Made by a program: the position numbers and the translations under genes. 64,000 nucleotides of DNA from Lama guanicoe (Eukaryota). The stretch is from positions 1,207,717-1,271,716 of the forward strand of contig MU056898.1 of NCBI GenBank assembly GCA_013239625.1, given 5' to 3'. This document shows, piece by piece, positions 23,250 to 36,900 of this stretch (positions are counted from its first letter, which is position 1; each line of letters opens with the position of its first letter). The notes beneath the pieces were generated by a model that saw only the letters and a list, made by a program, of their open reading frames with translations, was not told the origin of the DNA and did not search any database.

Positions 23250-26200
23250 GTAGGACTGCAGCAACAGGAAGTCCACCGGCACTGCTGACCCCCGGGCTCC
23301 CCCAGCGCTGCCCTGCAGCCGGGACTCCTGCGGGAGGCGCCAGCCCCAGGCCCTATCCCGGAGTGGGGCTGCAAGCGTCAGCAGTGCCCCCGGGAGGCTG
23401 AGGTACGGGTCAAAGTCAGTGTCGGGCAGAGAGGTGCCCTCAGTGCCGCCAGGCGAGGCGAGCAGCTGGATGGCGGTGGGCGGGACGAGGGAGAAGGCGC
23501 TGGACCTGTGCCTCCCGGGTGCTGGAGGGGCCGGCTGGAGCCCCAGGCTGGTGGGGGGCTGGGTGGCACCCAGATGGCGTTGGCAGCACGCAGTGCAGGG
23601 TGGGGCGGGGGCTCCCCGAGGAGGGCCCTCTGGGTCGGAGCAGTGTGTGGCCTGTGCCCTGGTGTGCGTATAGAGGCCTGGGGTGGCCTCCCAGCTTCTG
23701 GGCTGGGACAGGCACAGGGAGTGAAGCCCTGCAGGTGAGGGTGTGCGTCCCTGTGGCAGAGTCGGGGTTTACCTTCCACCAGGAGGGCCAGGCAGGCTGG
23801 TGGCATGAGGTGGAAATCTGGGTGAGAAGAGCTGGTCCCTGCGTGCTGGCCTGAGGACGGCATCACTCCCTGGCTGCCCTAGGCAGGGTGCGGCGGGGGG
23901 CCGTCTGCCTGCCTCTCTGCCCACGTCTGGAACAGAGAACCAGCTGCCGTGTCTCCTTCTTACAGAAGTGCTGTAGCCAGGGTGACGCCTGTGTTTTCAG
24001 CAGAATCCGGCAGTAAAGGGGGTGCCTCTCTCATTTCATCACAATTTCGTGATAAACTCATGGAGCCCAGCGGAGGTGCTGGCCACACCCGGGGTCTGGA
24101 GGGCGCTGGGAGTGGCCAGTGGCAGTGCCCACCACCGGGTCCCGGGGAGGGCAGGCGCGGGAGGTGGCGGGAAGGGGCTTACAAGGTAGGAGCGAGCGGT
24201 CCCTGTGGGTTGGTGTCTGGCTCCCGCAGGCTCCTTCTCCCTTCGGTCCCCCCTCCCTGGCAGCCCTTTCCTGCGGTCAGACCAGTGTCCCAACCTGGCC
24301 CCTGGTCTCCTGACACTTCACAGCATTTCTTCTCATTTCTCAGACTGCCTGGGTCCCATTTGTCCATTTTCACACTTCCTGAAAGTCTTAAACCTGGGAG
24401 TAAGTAAAACACTCAAACACTTGGTGTCTAGATAAACTGTCACTTTTCTGTAATTCTGTATGATTTTGAATAACTCAGGATCAGTGACAGGTGTTTAATA
24501 TGTTGTAGAAATCCCATGCGTGTTTTTTTTTGCATTAAGAAAACAAACAAAGATGCACAGTTCTTACTGACGGTCACTGACGTGTGGCGCATCACACCAG
24601 CATCATAAATTATGAAGCATAGTTTTCGCTGGGTTTTGCACGTTCGTTAGCTGAAATGATTAATCTTGCAAAAGCAAAACCTTGGGGAAAGGATCCAGCG
24701 TAGTTAGTGTCTATGGATTATTGAAAACCCAAAGGAAGAGTGCAGCCACTCGTAGTGCAGCCTTGGGACACAGCCGCTCCAGCATTCTGCTGCGTTTCCC
24801 CGCACGTCCTGCGGGCGGGCGCGTGTAGGTGCGCGTGTTTGCATTCACAGAGTCGAGAGCAGCTCAGGTTTCCGCCGCCTGTACCGTCACATGCCCTTCT
24901 AAAATCACTGTCTCTGTGGAGACAGGACAGACAGGTGACCTCTGCCGTCTGCCTGCCGGGGCTCGGCTGAGCCACGGCTGCCCGCCCGCCAGCTCCAGGC
25001 CCGGCGGATGCAGTGTGAGCAGAGATGGGGCGGGAGCCAAAGAGGAGGTGGGCAGGCTGGGTGAGGACCAGCGACCGGCAGACGGGCACCGCCTTCCCGA
25101 GGCCCGGCCTGGCCTGGCCCACAGCATCTCTGACCCTGTGACCTTGGCCGGCTCACTGGACTCTGGGGCGCTGGGCCCTCACCCCAACCTTGGGGGCTCA
25201 GAAGGGCTTCCCCGGGGAGCCGAGCTGCCCACGCGGTGTCGTGGCCCCCCACCCGAGGCCGGCCCACAGGTTTGTGTGGCGGTGGGTCAGGCTGGGGGAG
25301 AGTCGCCATCGACAGCAGCCTCCTGGCCTCTGCAGTTTATTTCTTTTCTTTTCTCAGAGGCAAGTTTTCAGGCAGGAAGGGGCTGAAAGCAGAGTTGGAA
25401 GCAGCCCTGAGCGGCGCGGGGGTGGGTGGGGGCCGGCCGTGGCCCTTTCGGAGGGAGCTGCCCACGGGCGGCTGAGGGGAGACCGGAGCTCCAGCTCAGC
25501 TCCTCCCCGCAGGCCTGGCCCCCTTCCCACCCGCTACCCCAGGGAGGTGGGTCCGGACCCTCAGCGTGGGGGGAGGTTCTTCGCGCACAGGCCTGCTGAG
25601 CTGTGCAGAAGCTCCGCGCAGACAGGCCGCGTTTTCGGTCTTGCCCCCCCCCCCCCCCCCGATGGGCTTCCCAGGGACTTTCCTCCCCTCCACGTCCTGC
25701 AGCCGCGCCAGACAGAGGAGACCGGCGCAGCTCCAGACAGCGGCGCCTGGTGGGCAGTGGGTTGTGTTGGGCTCCCCTCCTCCCTGCCCGGCCTTCCTCG
25801 GGCCGGCATAACCCAGGCCCCCAGGACGGGGCTCGGCGGCAGCACGACACGGGACACACAATCTAGAATCAGACACCGTGCACTTGAGGCTGCGTTTCCA
25901 GATCTGTGAACTAGGGATGCACTGGCGTCCAGCTGCAGGGGCGGGTGTGTGTTTCTTGTAACCCTGGGAGCACACGGGGTGTGCTCCCTGCGGATGTCTG
26001 GGACCCAAGCCCGTGAGGCTCCCACTGCGGTGAGGGCTCTTCTGTCTTTGTGTCCCTCCCCGGGGCCATGGGCACACGCCTTCACCCACAGGACTGGTCT
26101 GCGGGGATGTCTGGCTCGTGTGAGCCCCCAACCCCAGCTCTGCCGTCCGCTGTGCTGAGCTGCAGCTCTGAGCCCGTCTCTGGCCCCTGCTGACCACTGG

Positions 26201-26499
26201 TATTCAGGCGGGCGCCCTCTCTGTCCAGTGCCCAGATTTGTAACTGGAATAGACGTGCCGCTGTGTCAAGAGGTCCCCCCAGGCCTGAGCACCTTCCTGA
26301 AGCCTCATCGCCCGTGTCGCAGACACCAGCCTGGAGAGGCCCCGGCACTGCCCTGCTCTCTGGGACACTGATGGGGCCCTGGGCCGGAGTCCAGAGAGGC
26401 TGTGGGGCTGGGACGGGGGGGTGGCGGTGGCACCTGCCCCACACACCTGCCCCGGAGCCCACCGCGCATGTGTGGGCGTGGAGGGGAGGCAGGGGCGGA

Positions 26500-26895
26500 G
26501 CTGCATCCCTGGGCCCTCCACGCGGGGTGTCTTTGTTAGAACTAATGGACCGGTGCTCCTGTGTTATTATTAACCGTGAAATCTGTGGTTCACGCCGTGT
26601 GGTGTACGGTTCTGTGGGTTTTGACAGGTTGGAGCTGTCGTGTCCTGCAGCAGCGCGCCCGGCAGCCCCGGCCTTTCACCGGCCCCGGGCCCCCTTCCCT
26701 GAATGCTGTGGCGCCACACGTCTGCAGCCTCTCGGATCGGCCTCTTCCACTTAGTAATTAACATGCGTCTTTTCCTGACTGGATAGTTCATTTCTCTTTT
26801 GCCCTGAGCAATGTTCTGTTTCCTGAGTGGCCCGCTGAAGCGCATCTCGGTTGCTTCAGGTCTCAGCGACTAGGACTAAAGCTGCTGTTAACAGC
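26500..26895 (-). mobile_element. L1MC-type 3' end, antisense
   Basis: ttattattaacc...ttctgtgggttttgacagg and cacttagtaat...gatagttcatttctctttt...catctcggttgcttc...taaagctgctgttaaca. Same family as 11150-12030. Confidence 0.72.
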
Positions 26896-27539
26896 TTTGA
26901 AAACTTTTTCGGCCGCTCAAGTATGTAACCTCACCTTAGCCCGCAGGCCACTCGGCAGCAGGCGTGGAGCTGGAGTCGGCCTGTGTCCCCAGCGAGCCGC
27001 CCGCCCACACCGCTTCTCTCCCCAGTGCTGCTTCCTTCCGTTTGTGCCCCGCAGCCCGACTCAGGGCCGGCCTCCCTGAGGAGCAGAAGCCGTCCTGGTT
27101 TCCGGTACCTTTCCAGCCTGGCCCCAGCGAGAGTCTGTCTGAAGGACCAGGCCACTCCCAGTGCCTGGGCAGGAGCTGGTCCTTTGAGAGCCCGACCCCA
27201 GGCCCAGGGTGGGCGGCAGGTTCCCAAGAGCCCAGGAGCAGCAGAGGCGTCAGGAGCCGGGGGCACCAGGCCGGAGAGCCGGCCCCCAGTGGGCTCCTGC
27301 TCACAGCTGCTGTGCGCTGTCCTGGGCGGTGCGTCTGCTTCTGAGGCTGACCATGCCACCACCCGGTCCCCGGCCCCTCTGCGTCTCTTGTGGCCTGGAG
27401 TGGGCAGTGGGGTGGCCATCCGCAGGACGTGGGAGTGTCTGCTGGATGGTGGTGACTGTCGGAACATTGCTGCAAGGACGGCCCCTGCCAGGTTGTGGGA
27501 AGGCCCTAGGCTTGGGGCCAGAGCTACCAAGGTGTGACT

Positions 27540-27620
27540 GTCCCCTGCCTCCTCTGAGCCGTGGGACCTTCGCATGGCTCCACTGCTGTGAGCCTCAGTT
27601 CCGTCCGTGTGCTGCCGGGG
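27540..27620 (+). mobile_element. MIR fragment
   Basis: gagccgtgggacctt...ctgtgagcctcagttccgtccgtg. Confidence 0.45.
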
Positions 27621-30600
27621 TCCCCAGCACCCACGCATGTATATGCGCCCGGTCTGCCTCCGGCTGGTCATGCCCAGCTCAGTACACCTCCGGGGCTCCT
27701 CACCGGCACCTGCTCCTGAGAAATCGGGATCCCAGGTGGGGAGCAGTGGGGTGGGGTCCCCACGTGGGATGGGGTGCTGTGCAGCCTGCGAGGGGTCCCA
27801 CGTGGTGTCTCCAAGGCTGCGAAGTGCAGGTGTCAGGAAGGCAGCTGGGAGATTCCGAGCTGTCCTCCTGCCCGTGGAGGACCAGGTCTCCCCTAGGCCT
27901 CGCGACAGCCCCATTGTGTTGCACCCGGAGCTTCCCCCGCTTAGACGGACGGCAGAGCCGTGGGAGGGTCACATTCCCTCGTCCCGCCTTCTGGAATCTT
28001 TGCCCGCCCCACAGGGCCCCGGGAGGTGCTGGACTGCAGAGGGCGGTCCTGGGCTCCCGCAGACCTGAGGTTCTGGCCCCTCATTGCTCCTTCCAGCACA
28101 TCCCTGCTTTGGGGCCTGCGGACCAGCAGGGCAGGGCCTGGCCTGAGGTCGTCCAGTTGTCGGGGGGCAGAGGCCCGGGCTGAGGTCCCCGGGTGTGCCC
28201 GGCTGGCCTGTGGCCCTGCTGCCTGCCTGGAACGGGCTTGGCGTGCAGGCGCCCATGCGTGTCCCCTGCTCCCCTCCCGGGAGGGCCCTGCCACAGGCCT
28301 GGCTGTCCACTGGGACATCCAGACATGGGCTGAGCTCTGCTGCCTGTGGGTGCGAGTCTCCAGCTGCCTGCTCTTTCCTTAAAGCAGCCTGTGAACACGT
28401 AGAGCCCTGGGCCCCCTGCTCCCCCACCGAGCGCTCACCACTCAGGGCAGACCCCCCCACCATCTGGCTTCCAGGCCCCACTCCGTTGTGGGCCCCACAC
28501 TGGCACCAGGTGCCCCGTTAAACGCCTGCTCTCAGGCGTCCTGCCTCACGGACACAGGCCACCAGCCTCCTGCACTAGCTGGACAGGGAGGTCACAACCG
28601 AGAGGGCTGCCCACTGCAGAGGTGGCTTCAGGAGGAATAGTGGGGCAGCGGAGGCAGAAAGGGCTGGGGGAGGGGCCCTCTGCCCCACACCCCAGTGCCT
28701 CCCTGGAGAGAGCTGCCCGGTCCCCAGGGGTGGAGCTGGGCAGGACAGCGGGCGAGGCCTCATCAGCTCGAGCCATGGTGGGCGGTGTCTGTGTGGCCCT
28801 GGTGCCCAAGGCCTCGTCCCGCTGGCACAGGCCTGAGCCCAGCAGCTGTGGCACGAGGGGCGCCTGCTGGTTTCCACGGCAACAGCTCTCGGCAGGAGCG
28901 GGCGGGCTCGGAGGAGCAGGGGCGTCCTTCAGAAACAGCCCTGGGTGCGAGCTTCTGGGGCGCTGACCGCGGCTTCTCCTCGCCCGGCGCTCCCGGCTCT
29001 GGGTTGGAACTGGAGGGCCTGCGTTCAGCTTATTTCCCCTTCCTGCACAGTGAAGAGTCGGGACCGAGGCTCCGTGGGGGCGACCTGAGAGCAGAGGGCC
29101 TGAGGCAGGGATGCTGTGGGGCCGACCAGCCGGGGCCGGGCAGCGGGCAGGGAGGAGGCGGCCCCTCGTGGAGCTGGTGGAGGACCGGCCCCCAGGGCCG
29201 CGTCCTTGGTAGGCAGCTTCCTGGAAGTTTCACACACGCACTGGGGCCTTCATGTCAGGAGATGGGCTGGTCTGAAGCCAGGACCACCCCTCACTAAGGC
29301 GGGGGCCGGGAGGTCCCTCCCTCCTCCATCCTGCCGTCTGTTCTGAGACCCTGGTGTGGGGTCCACAGCGTGACGGAGGTCAGGAGTTGGGAGAAGTGAC
29401 CGATGAGGGTGGCCCCGTCATGTGCGCATGAGCTGAGATGACCCCAACAAGGAGACGGGAGGAGGGCGGGTCCGCAGGCACCCGTGTCCCCACAGCGGCT
29501 GCTCAGACCCGTGGGACCCACAGCAAGTGGGAGGCCCGGCGCTGGCCATGCCGTATCCCAGGCCACTCTCTGACATGCTCTTGGCTCTGGTGGCATTTTG
29601 GAATTGAGCGGAGTTCTACCGTGATGGGGCCGAGAAGCAGGCGGGTGAGGGTGACTTCCGGGCACACGGTGGCTGCGGCTTGCGGGGCTCCAGGCAGGTG
29701 AGTGGGCTGGATGGGCCTGCCCCGCCTGGTGGCTGCTGTCAGGTCCGTTCACTGAGGACAGCGTGTCCCTTGGCTCTCCTGCCAGCCCACTGCCCCCACC
29801 CCAAGGTGGACATGGCCACTTGGGTCAAGCCAGCCCTGGGTTTAAGTCCCAGCTCCCCTTTGGTAGAGCCTAGGGTGCAGTGCAGGTGAGCAGGGGCTGT
29901 CGTGCGTGCGGGGGAGAGCTGACAGGCTCCACCTGGGAGGCCCAGCCCCGCCGCGCGGCCTCTTTCTCCTTGGCTTCCCCCCAACAGGCAGTCGGGGCCG
30001 TTCACAGGCTCATGTGTAAAGAAGCCGACTTGGGGGGGCCTTCCAGTCTCCTGCTGGAACAGTGAGGTCTAGGCCAACACTTTAATTTGAATTTACCTTT
30101 TCTGGGTTCCCGGAATGCCAGATGGAGCTGCTCTGAATGCGTGCTCACTTCAGAACCTCTCGCTTCCTCCGCCAGGCAGGCCCTGGCATTGCAGCATCTC
30201 TGAGCGTCTGAGGAGTGATGCAGAGTGTGCCCTGGCCCTGGTCCCAGCTGCGCAGACACACCTGCCTCCTGGGACGAGGCTGAGAGGCCGAGGCATGTGT
30301 TTATCCAGAGGACACCACGGCCAGAGCCGCTGCTTCCTGCGTCTGCTGGGCCCTTCTGCGAGGAGGGTTGGGTCGTGTGAGGGGTCTGGAGGTAGGGTTG
30401 GCTGGCTGGGGGGCCCCGGGCCCCGGCCCTCAGCTCATGGTAAGGAGAGGCTTGCCGACACTGGGATGAAAATTCACAAAGATGGGGAAAGAACTGGCCA
30501 GCATGGTGTAGAGTGAGTGGTGGTCACTGGAGGTGTTTGGCAGGAGGCTGAAGACTTCTTGGCAGTAATGAGTGAAACCACGGTTGGACCATGTGGCAGG

Positions 30601-30689
30601 CTCTTCCCAAGAAAATGAACAATCTCCTTCCAGAGGTCGGAGGGGCCCCGGCAATGTGAGGCAACACAGTGCAGTGGGAAGAGCTGGTT

Positions 30690-30925
30690 TCAATTCCAGC
30701 ATCTTGTGCAAAGGCCCTGCGGTCATGGAGGCACGGGCATCCTGAGAGCTGAAGCAAGGCCATGGAGCTGAACGCCAGGACTGGGGAGGAGCCAGGTCTG
30801 AGGGAAGGCTGGGGAGGGCCCGGCCGGGAAGACTAGGGCGGTGTTGGCTCTTCATCCTGAGAGCAGTGTGGGCTCTAAAGGAGTTTTTAAGAAGAGAGAG
30901 TTGAGGGCTCAATTTGACCTTTGGA
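30690..30925 (-). mobile_element. L2 fragment, antisense
   Basis: tgtgcaaaggccctgcgg...ttcatcctgagagcagtg...ggagtttttaagaagagagag matches antisense L2. Confidence 0.6.
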
Positions 30926-33900
30926 CGTGCTGAACAGAAGTGAATTGGGGGAGGTGGTGAGTGGGGTGTGCAGTCCGTGAGCCTCACCCTGGCCCCACAT
31001 TTACAGCTGCAAACCCTCTTCAAAACCTTCCTCGTGGCGGGGCTGAGGTGGGGGTGGGCAGTGCATGTGGGAGTGTGTCCACGGAGCACCAGGCGCAGGC
31101 AGGCCCGGGCCCTGCTGGGGGTGCCCGAGGGCCCTGAGTGGCCCTCTCCCTTCCCTGTCGGCCAGACGCAGGCCGGCAGGCGTTTGCGGCTTCCCAGTTG
31201 TTAAAAGTAACTGGAGAAAACCCATCAGAGCGTTGATGTGTAGGAAGTGGGGTCCCTGGGTGGAGGTCACGGGCCTCCCTCCTCCTCAGAAGTGGCGAGG
31301 CCCTGGGGGCGGGGATGAGGGAACACACCTCACAGGCCGTGTTGCTTCCTCTCAGTTCTGCAAATGCTGTCGGGATTCTTCTGGGAGTGTGGCCGTAACG
31401 CAGGCCTGGAAACACAGGCGGCTCCAGCTGGGACTCCAGGCCAGGGACCTGGCTGTAGGCGTGGGAACAGGACGCCCTCCCCTGCCCCCACCTGGCAGAG
31501 GCTCCCAGCTCGGGGCTGCGACTGCCGCGGGCGCCTCCCTGCCCCCGACCCCCACGCCCTGGGCCGCCCAGCGCAGCCGTGCTGGTGAACCCTAACTCGT
31601 CTCAGGCAGGTGGAGCGACACCTGCTTGGTGGCCTGTGTTCTGAGAGCTGAGTGACCAGGCCTCACCTGCCGCCCTGCTGTGTCCCTGACCCCCATCCCT
31701 GGTGTCCGCAGGTCAGCGCCTCCTGCTCGCCTCACCCAGACCTGGCCCTGGAGCCCCTCAGCACAGCCCCTCGGAGGGCGCCTGTGGGATGGGCCACGCG
31801 GTCCTCACCCACCTCTTTCCCTGCCCTGCCTGCAGGGTGGAGACTGCCCTCGCGTCCCTGAGGGCACTCTGTGCCTGGTAGGGCGTGGTCCAGGCCTCCG
31901 CTAGCCCTGGGTGCTCGGAAGAGCCTTAAAACAAAAGCTCGGATTCCAGATAGTGGCCTGAAAGGACCCTTCTGGCCAGGGGTCCCCGGGAGGCAGGGAG
32001 CCTGGGGACCTGCTGCGCTGGCCCCAGGACATCCATGCTCACACGCCCGGGCCTGGCTCCCGGCCCAGCCAGGGCCCCTGTCTGAGGGGCAGCCCCGCCT
32101 CCCCCAGAGTTTGGCTCCAAGGACCCTCGTACTAGCTGCTTCCCTGGTCACAGGGCCACCTGGTTCAGGCACCTTCGGCCTGAGAGGGCCTGCCAGTCCA
32201 CAGGCGCCTCTGCCAGCCCACGTGGCGCTGGGCTGGCGCCTTCCATTGCAGGGCTGGACCGCGGTCCCCAGGCCTAGGGAGTCACCAGAGGCCTTGTCCA
32301 GCTCACGGAGCTACCAGGACCCCCAGCGCGGGACCGTCTGCTCTTCCCCGGGGCCGGGGCCTCCACGTGTGGGCAGCAGCGTTGGGAGGAGGGCTGAGTG
32401 CGGGGGCAGCGGCTCGTCGGCTGCGGCGGCCCTGGGCGTGGGAATCCGAGTCTCAGAGGCAGCCTGTCCTGATTAACTGTGCAAACTTAATTAGTTCACA
32501 TCAAAGTTTGTGGAAGGCGTTCCTCCGGGAGCTTGTGTGAACAGCCTCTGGTTACCAAGACCCCCGGCCGCGGCGGCGGTGCTCACACCGAGCCCCGCCC
32601 TCAGGCTCGCAGTACCCCCTGCGACGTAGAGGCTCATGCTCCTGTCCGGCCCCCGCTCCGGCCGCTGCTGTCAGGGGTGTTAAAGCAGTTCTTCCCAGGG
32701 AGCCCGAGGGGAGCGTGGGGGTGGAGCGGGCAGGCGTCCTGAGGCCTTCCCGGCCTCTGGCCTCCGGCCAGGGGTCGCAGCTCTGGTCCGAGGGGCAGGA
32801 CGCCATGCGGGGCCCTCGTGGGGAGCTAGGGTCCCAGAGGGACGCCCAGGACCCTGGGACGACACGCTCTGACTCTGACCCCGGACCACGGTCTGAGGGG
32901 GGGCTGCTGGCTCCGTGGAGGGGAGTCTCCCATTTACGCCACGTTCGCCCCCCACGGGCCAGCCGTGGTCAGCAGGGGCCGTGGGCCATGGTGGGGAGGC
33001 CCTCCCTCAAGCCTGGCTGGTCACGGCCCTGCCCTTGGTCTCGCAGAGGCACCCAGAGGAGCCCGTCCGCCCAGCGTGGGGAGCCCTGGCCTCTGACCCC
33101 CGTTTGGCAGACGGGAAGCAGGTGCGCCGTCACTGGCGGAGGGACCGCATCCGGGCCCCTGGTCTGGGTCTCAGGTGGGCTCCGTCTTCCACGAGGTCCT
33201 GCTTGTGGTTGTCGGTGCCCGTCCCACCTCTCGCCCTGCAGCCCTGCAACATGGGGCCTGTGAGCACAGTTTACAGGGCACAGACACCCACCAAGGAGGG
33301 GCAGAGACCCCTGGCAGATCCACCACGCGCCCCTCCGTCCTCACAGGACCCACCGGGGTCCAGGGGCTCACTGAAGGAGGCGACTGTGGGTGCAGGGCCC
33401 TGTCCCTCAACACACAGCCCTGCGGGCCCAGAACCCCTGTGACCTGAAGCTCCGGGGCTGGGGAGTGGGGAGCCAGCTGGGGGAGGGCACTCTCCATGGG
33501 TGCTGCACACGCCCCAGCTTCCCCAAGGCAGGGAGGGGCGTTTTGGGGGTCGGGTTTCCCCTCACCCAGCCCAGAGTGTGTTCACACTGCGGGGAGGGGT
33601 TTGGCTTCAGGCTCAGAAGTTCTTGGATAAGGTGGGTCCCAGGGGTGGGCACCTGTCAGGCGGGTTTGAAGCGGAGGTAGGGAGCTTTGGGCGGGAGGGA
33701 GGAGCCGACTTCCCAGGAGAGCGCTCCAGGCCAGGGTGGACGGGCTTTGTGTTTTGGGCTCTGCAGGCCCGGCGGCCTATGTCACAGCTGCCCAGCCTTG
33801 CCCGTGTCGTGCCCGAGCAGCGCGGGCGCCCTGGACCCCGGCCGCGGCTGTGCTGTAAAGCTGCGCTTGCAGGACGGCCGGGGGGTTTGGCTGGCCCCTG

Positions 33901-36900
33901 TTCTAGGATGGGCTGGGGGTCTGCTTGCCAGGTGACCGCAGCCACTTCCCAAGCTAAGGAGTCATTTCATGTGATCTTTGAGAAGATAGTCAGGTGCCCA
34001 GGGCCCACCCAGAGCCTGACACCCAGGGTCAGGACCACCGCGGCCCTGCAGCCCCCTCCCCTCATCTTCAGGCCTCTAGAGTCCTTCCTGGGGTCCTGGC
34101 TCCAGCCCCGCGTCCGGGCTCCACCAGGGCTGAGCTGCTCAGGCCTCCTCGTGGTCCTTCTCTCCCTGCGGCCCTGCGGGCCTGAACCAGCCCATCCAAG
34201 CGCACAGTCCTGCGGGGTCGTCGGGGAGCAGGTTGGCAGAGTGGGCGAGATCACAGCTGGGACAGGGACCCAGGAGGGGCCCAGGAGGTGCCAGTCTCTC
34301 CAGGCCCAAGTCTCTCGTCTGTGAACTGGGAAGGGGACACACTTGTCTGGGTCTGGCCAGGCAGCGGTGAGGAGGCCGGAGGAGGGTGGCCAGGCGCCCG
34401 CTCCACCCACACCTGGCACAGGGGAAGAAGCGCTGTTTCTGGGCCTCCGTGTGCTGGGGCTGAGCCCTGCGTCGTCCTCTTGCCTGGACCTGCCCAGGAC
34501 AGAGGGGAGGGCTCCACAGGCCCGGTGACACCCAGCTCTGGCCCCCAAGCCGGCCAGCCCATCCCCCAAACTGGCAGCAGCCACGCGGAGGCTGGGGTTG
34601 GAGCTCGGCACAGCGCGGCCACTGGCTGCCCTCACCTTTGCTGCTCCAGGTGGGCTCTGCTCTCCCCCTCCCCGCCTCCTGCTGGCACCCATGGTGGCGA
34701 CAGTGGTAACACTCTGGCAGGCATCGCCAGGCTGGCCGGGCTCTGGGTGCCTTGACTCCTCCTCCAGCCACCTTTCCTCCACGGTGGGGGAGCGTGGGGA
34801 CTGCCGCCGGTGCCGGGCGCTCCCTGTCGCAGCACGAGGGAAACGTGTCCCCATCCCTGCGTCTGTTCACCCAGGACGCGCGCTGCCTGGTGCTGGTGTG
34901 GCCTCTGGCTCGGCCCCTCAGATGCAGACGAGGGCTCAGTGCCGCTGTTTGGTTTCTGTTGAATCGTTTTCATGATGGCTCTGTTTGTAGCGAGCATGTT
35001 TGTCTCCACGTTACAGCAGTGATGGAAAGCTTCCGTGCAAGCCCAGTCTGTCTCAGTTGATGAGAACAGTTGATTTAAAGAGAAACATTAAGTAAACGAC
35101 AGACCTGGCAGGCGGTGTCCACAGACGACTGCCACTCAGAAACCTGCGGGGCTGGCGCAGCGGCTCCCCAGGAGGCCTGCGACGTGGCTCGCCTCGTTTG
35201 TCACCCAGATAAGGTTTCTGATGTTCGGGAAGGTGAGGAAACTCACAGCCGGGGGGTGGCCTGGCCAGGGCATGTGCCTCTGCAGGTGCAGAGCCCCGGG
35301 GCAGGACACACAGCCCCTGGCCGTAGGGCCGCAGGGTCCCCGCCGAGCTCCCTCCGACAGTGGGGGTGAGGGGCGGGGCGGGGGCTGCATCCTGAACGTA
35401 CTTTGAGTCCAGGGCAGTGGTCCTCCCCCAGAGATGGGCTGCCTGCAGGGGCACTTGGTGGTGTCAGGAAGTGGTTTGGGTTGTGGCAGTGGGGGCAGAG
35501 CAGCTGGCATCGAGTGGGTGGAGGCCAGGGACGCTGCTACGTTCTGCCGTGTCTAGGACAGCTCCCCCACCAGCAGGTGGTCGCCCAGACATCTGGGGAC
35601 CGAGGTCAAGCGGCCCTGCCGTGGGGCTCCGGCGACTCAAGGGGACTCCGGGTGACTGGCAGGATGATTAACAGAAGGCACAGGCACCAAGGCGGGCCTC
35701 AAGGGCTGGGGGGCTCGGTGGGGGGCCAGTGCACACAGAGGCAGGGACGCTAGAGTGAGGCGTGGCACCTCTGTCCAGGGCCTGTGTCCAGGGCCGTCAG
35801 AGCTGCAGGGAGGGCAGGGGACGCCCACCGTGATGGGCCTGGCTGACTGAGCATGAGGCTCTGTGGGCGTGTTTCTCACCTGCCCACCCAGCAGGCTTTG
35901 AGGGCACTGTCCCTGTTCCACACGAGGGGACGGATGCTCAGAGGGCTTGGGGCCAGGCTGCGGCCTTGGAGAGCGCGTCACCCCATCCCTGCACACGCCC
36001 CCGCAGCGCTCGAATCCTATGCCTGAGCTCCCAGAGGTGACACCTGGGCCGCCAGGCCATCGCCACACACGAGTCTGTCGCTTCTGAATTCCACCGCACC
36101 TGCCGCAAGGAGGGCCTGGAACCTCAGGGCGCCACACTCAGACCGCCCGGAGCCGCCCTAAGTCGGCTGGTGGGTGAGCCCAGGTCCTCTGGTAGCTGGC
36201 GCCGGGGGGGGGGGGCCTGCAGGGACAGACCCCCGCGACCTCCCCCTTCAGTGGGAAGTGGGGCTGTGGTGGCACAGCCGGGTGCCTGGGGCCGGTGCGC
36301 GTGCTCCAGGCCCCCCACCGTTCGTGATGGAAGCGCTGGCTGTGATTTCCCCGGCTCTCAGCCTGACCCCATGGTGAGAAAAATCAAGTTGAAATTAAAT
36401 CAAATTTCAAATGTTAAACCAGCCAATTAAAAGAAAGCAATCATGTAGGAACATGCATTTTTCAAAATACTGTTGTTTACCCTGTCGTAATTAACGTATG
36501 CAAGGGAGGAGGTGGGGCTCTGCCAGGCATCCAGGTCCAGCACAGACATGCCCCCGCTCGAGGAGGGAGCCTGGCCCCGGACCGAGACCTGCAGGTCCCG
36601 GACTCCCCTACGTCCCAGGACTGACTGGCTGGAAGGCAGGGCTGGCCGGGGTCTGGGCCGGGTGCTGAGCGAGCTCCTCTGACCAGGCGTCAGTGTCCTG
36701 GGACGGGGCGTCCCCTGGCCTCGTCACCCACCCCTCAGCGCATCCTCTGTCCCCTGCACGCCCTTCCCACTCTTCCTCCTGGCGGCTAAGCCTCTGCCTC
36801 CTCCTTCCCTCCCGGGCAGCGTCCAGGCAGGCAGAGGCCCAGGTGGCACCCAGCGGCGTGGTCCATCCTGCACATGTGGGGAGCCTGTTTGAGACCCCGC

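Noticed and set aside
22719-23282. Antisense ORFs over the MAD1L1 exons (also 57459-58265)
   Set aside because: Shadow ORFs caused by the near-total GC3 bias of the real exons.
23250-23288. In-frame read-through of the penultimate exon ([12 protein letters not shown]) as an alternative C-terminus
   Set aside because: There is a canonical GT donor at 23250, no nearby polyA signal, and no Mad1 similarity after the donor.
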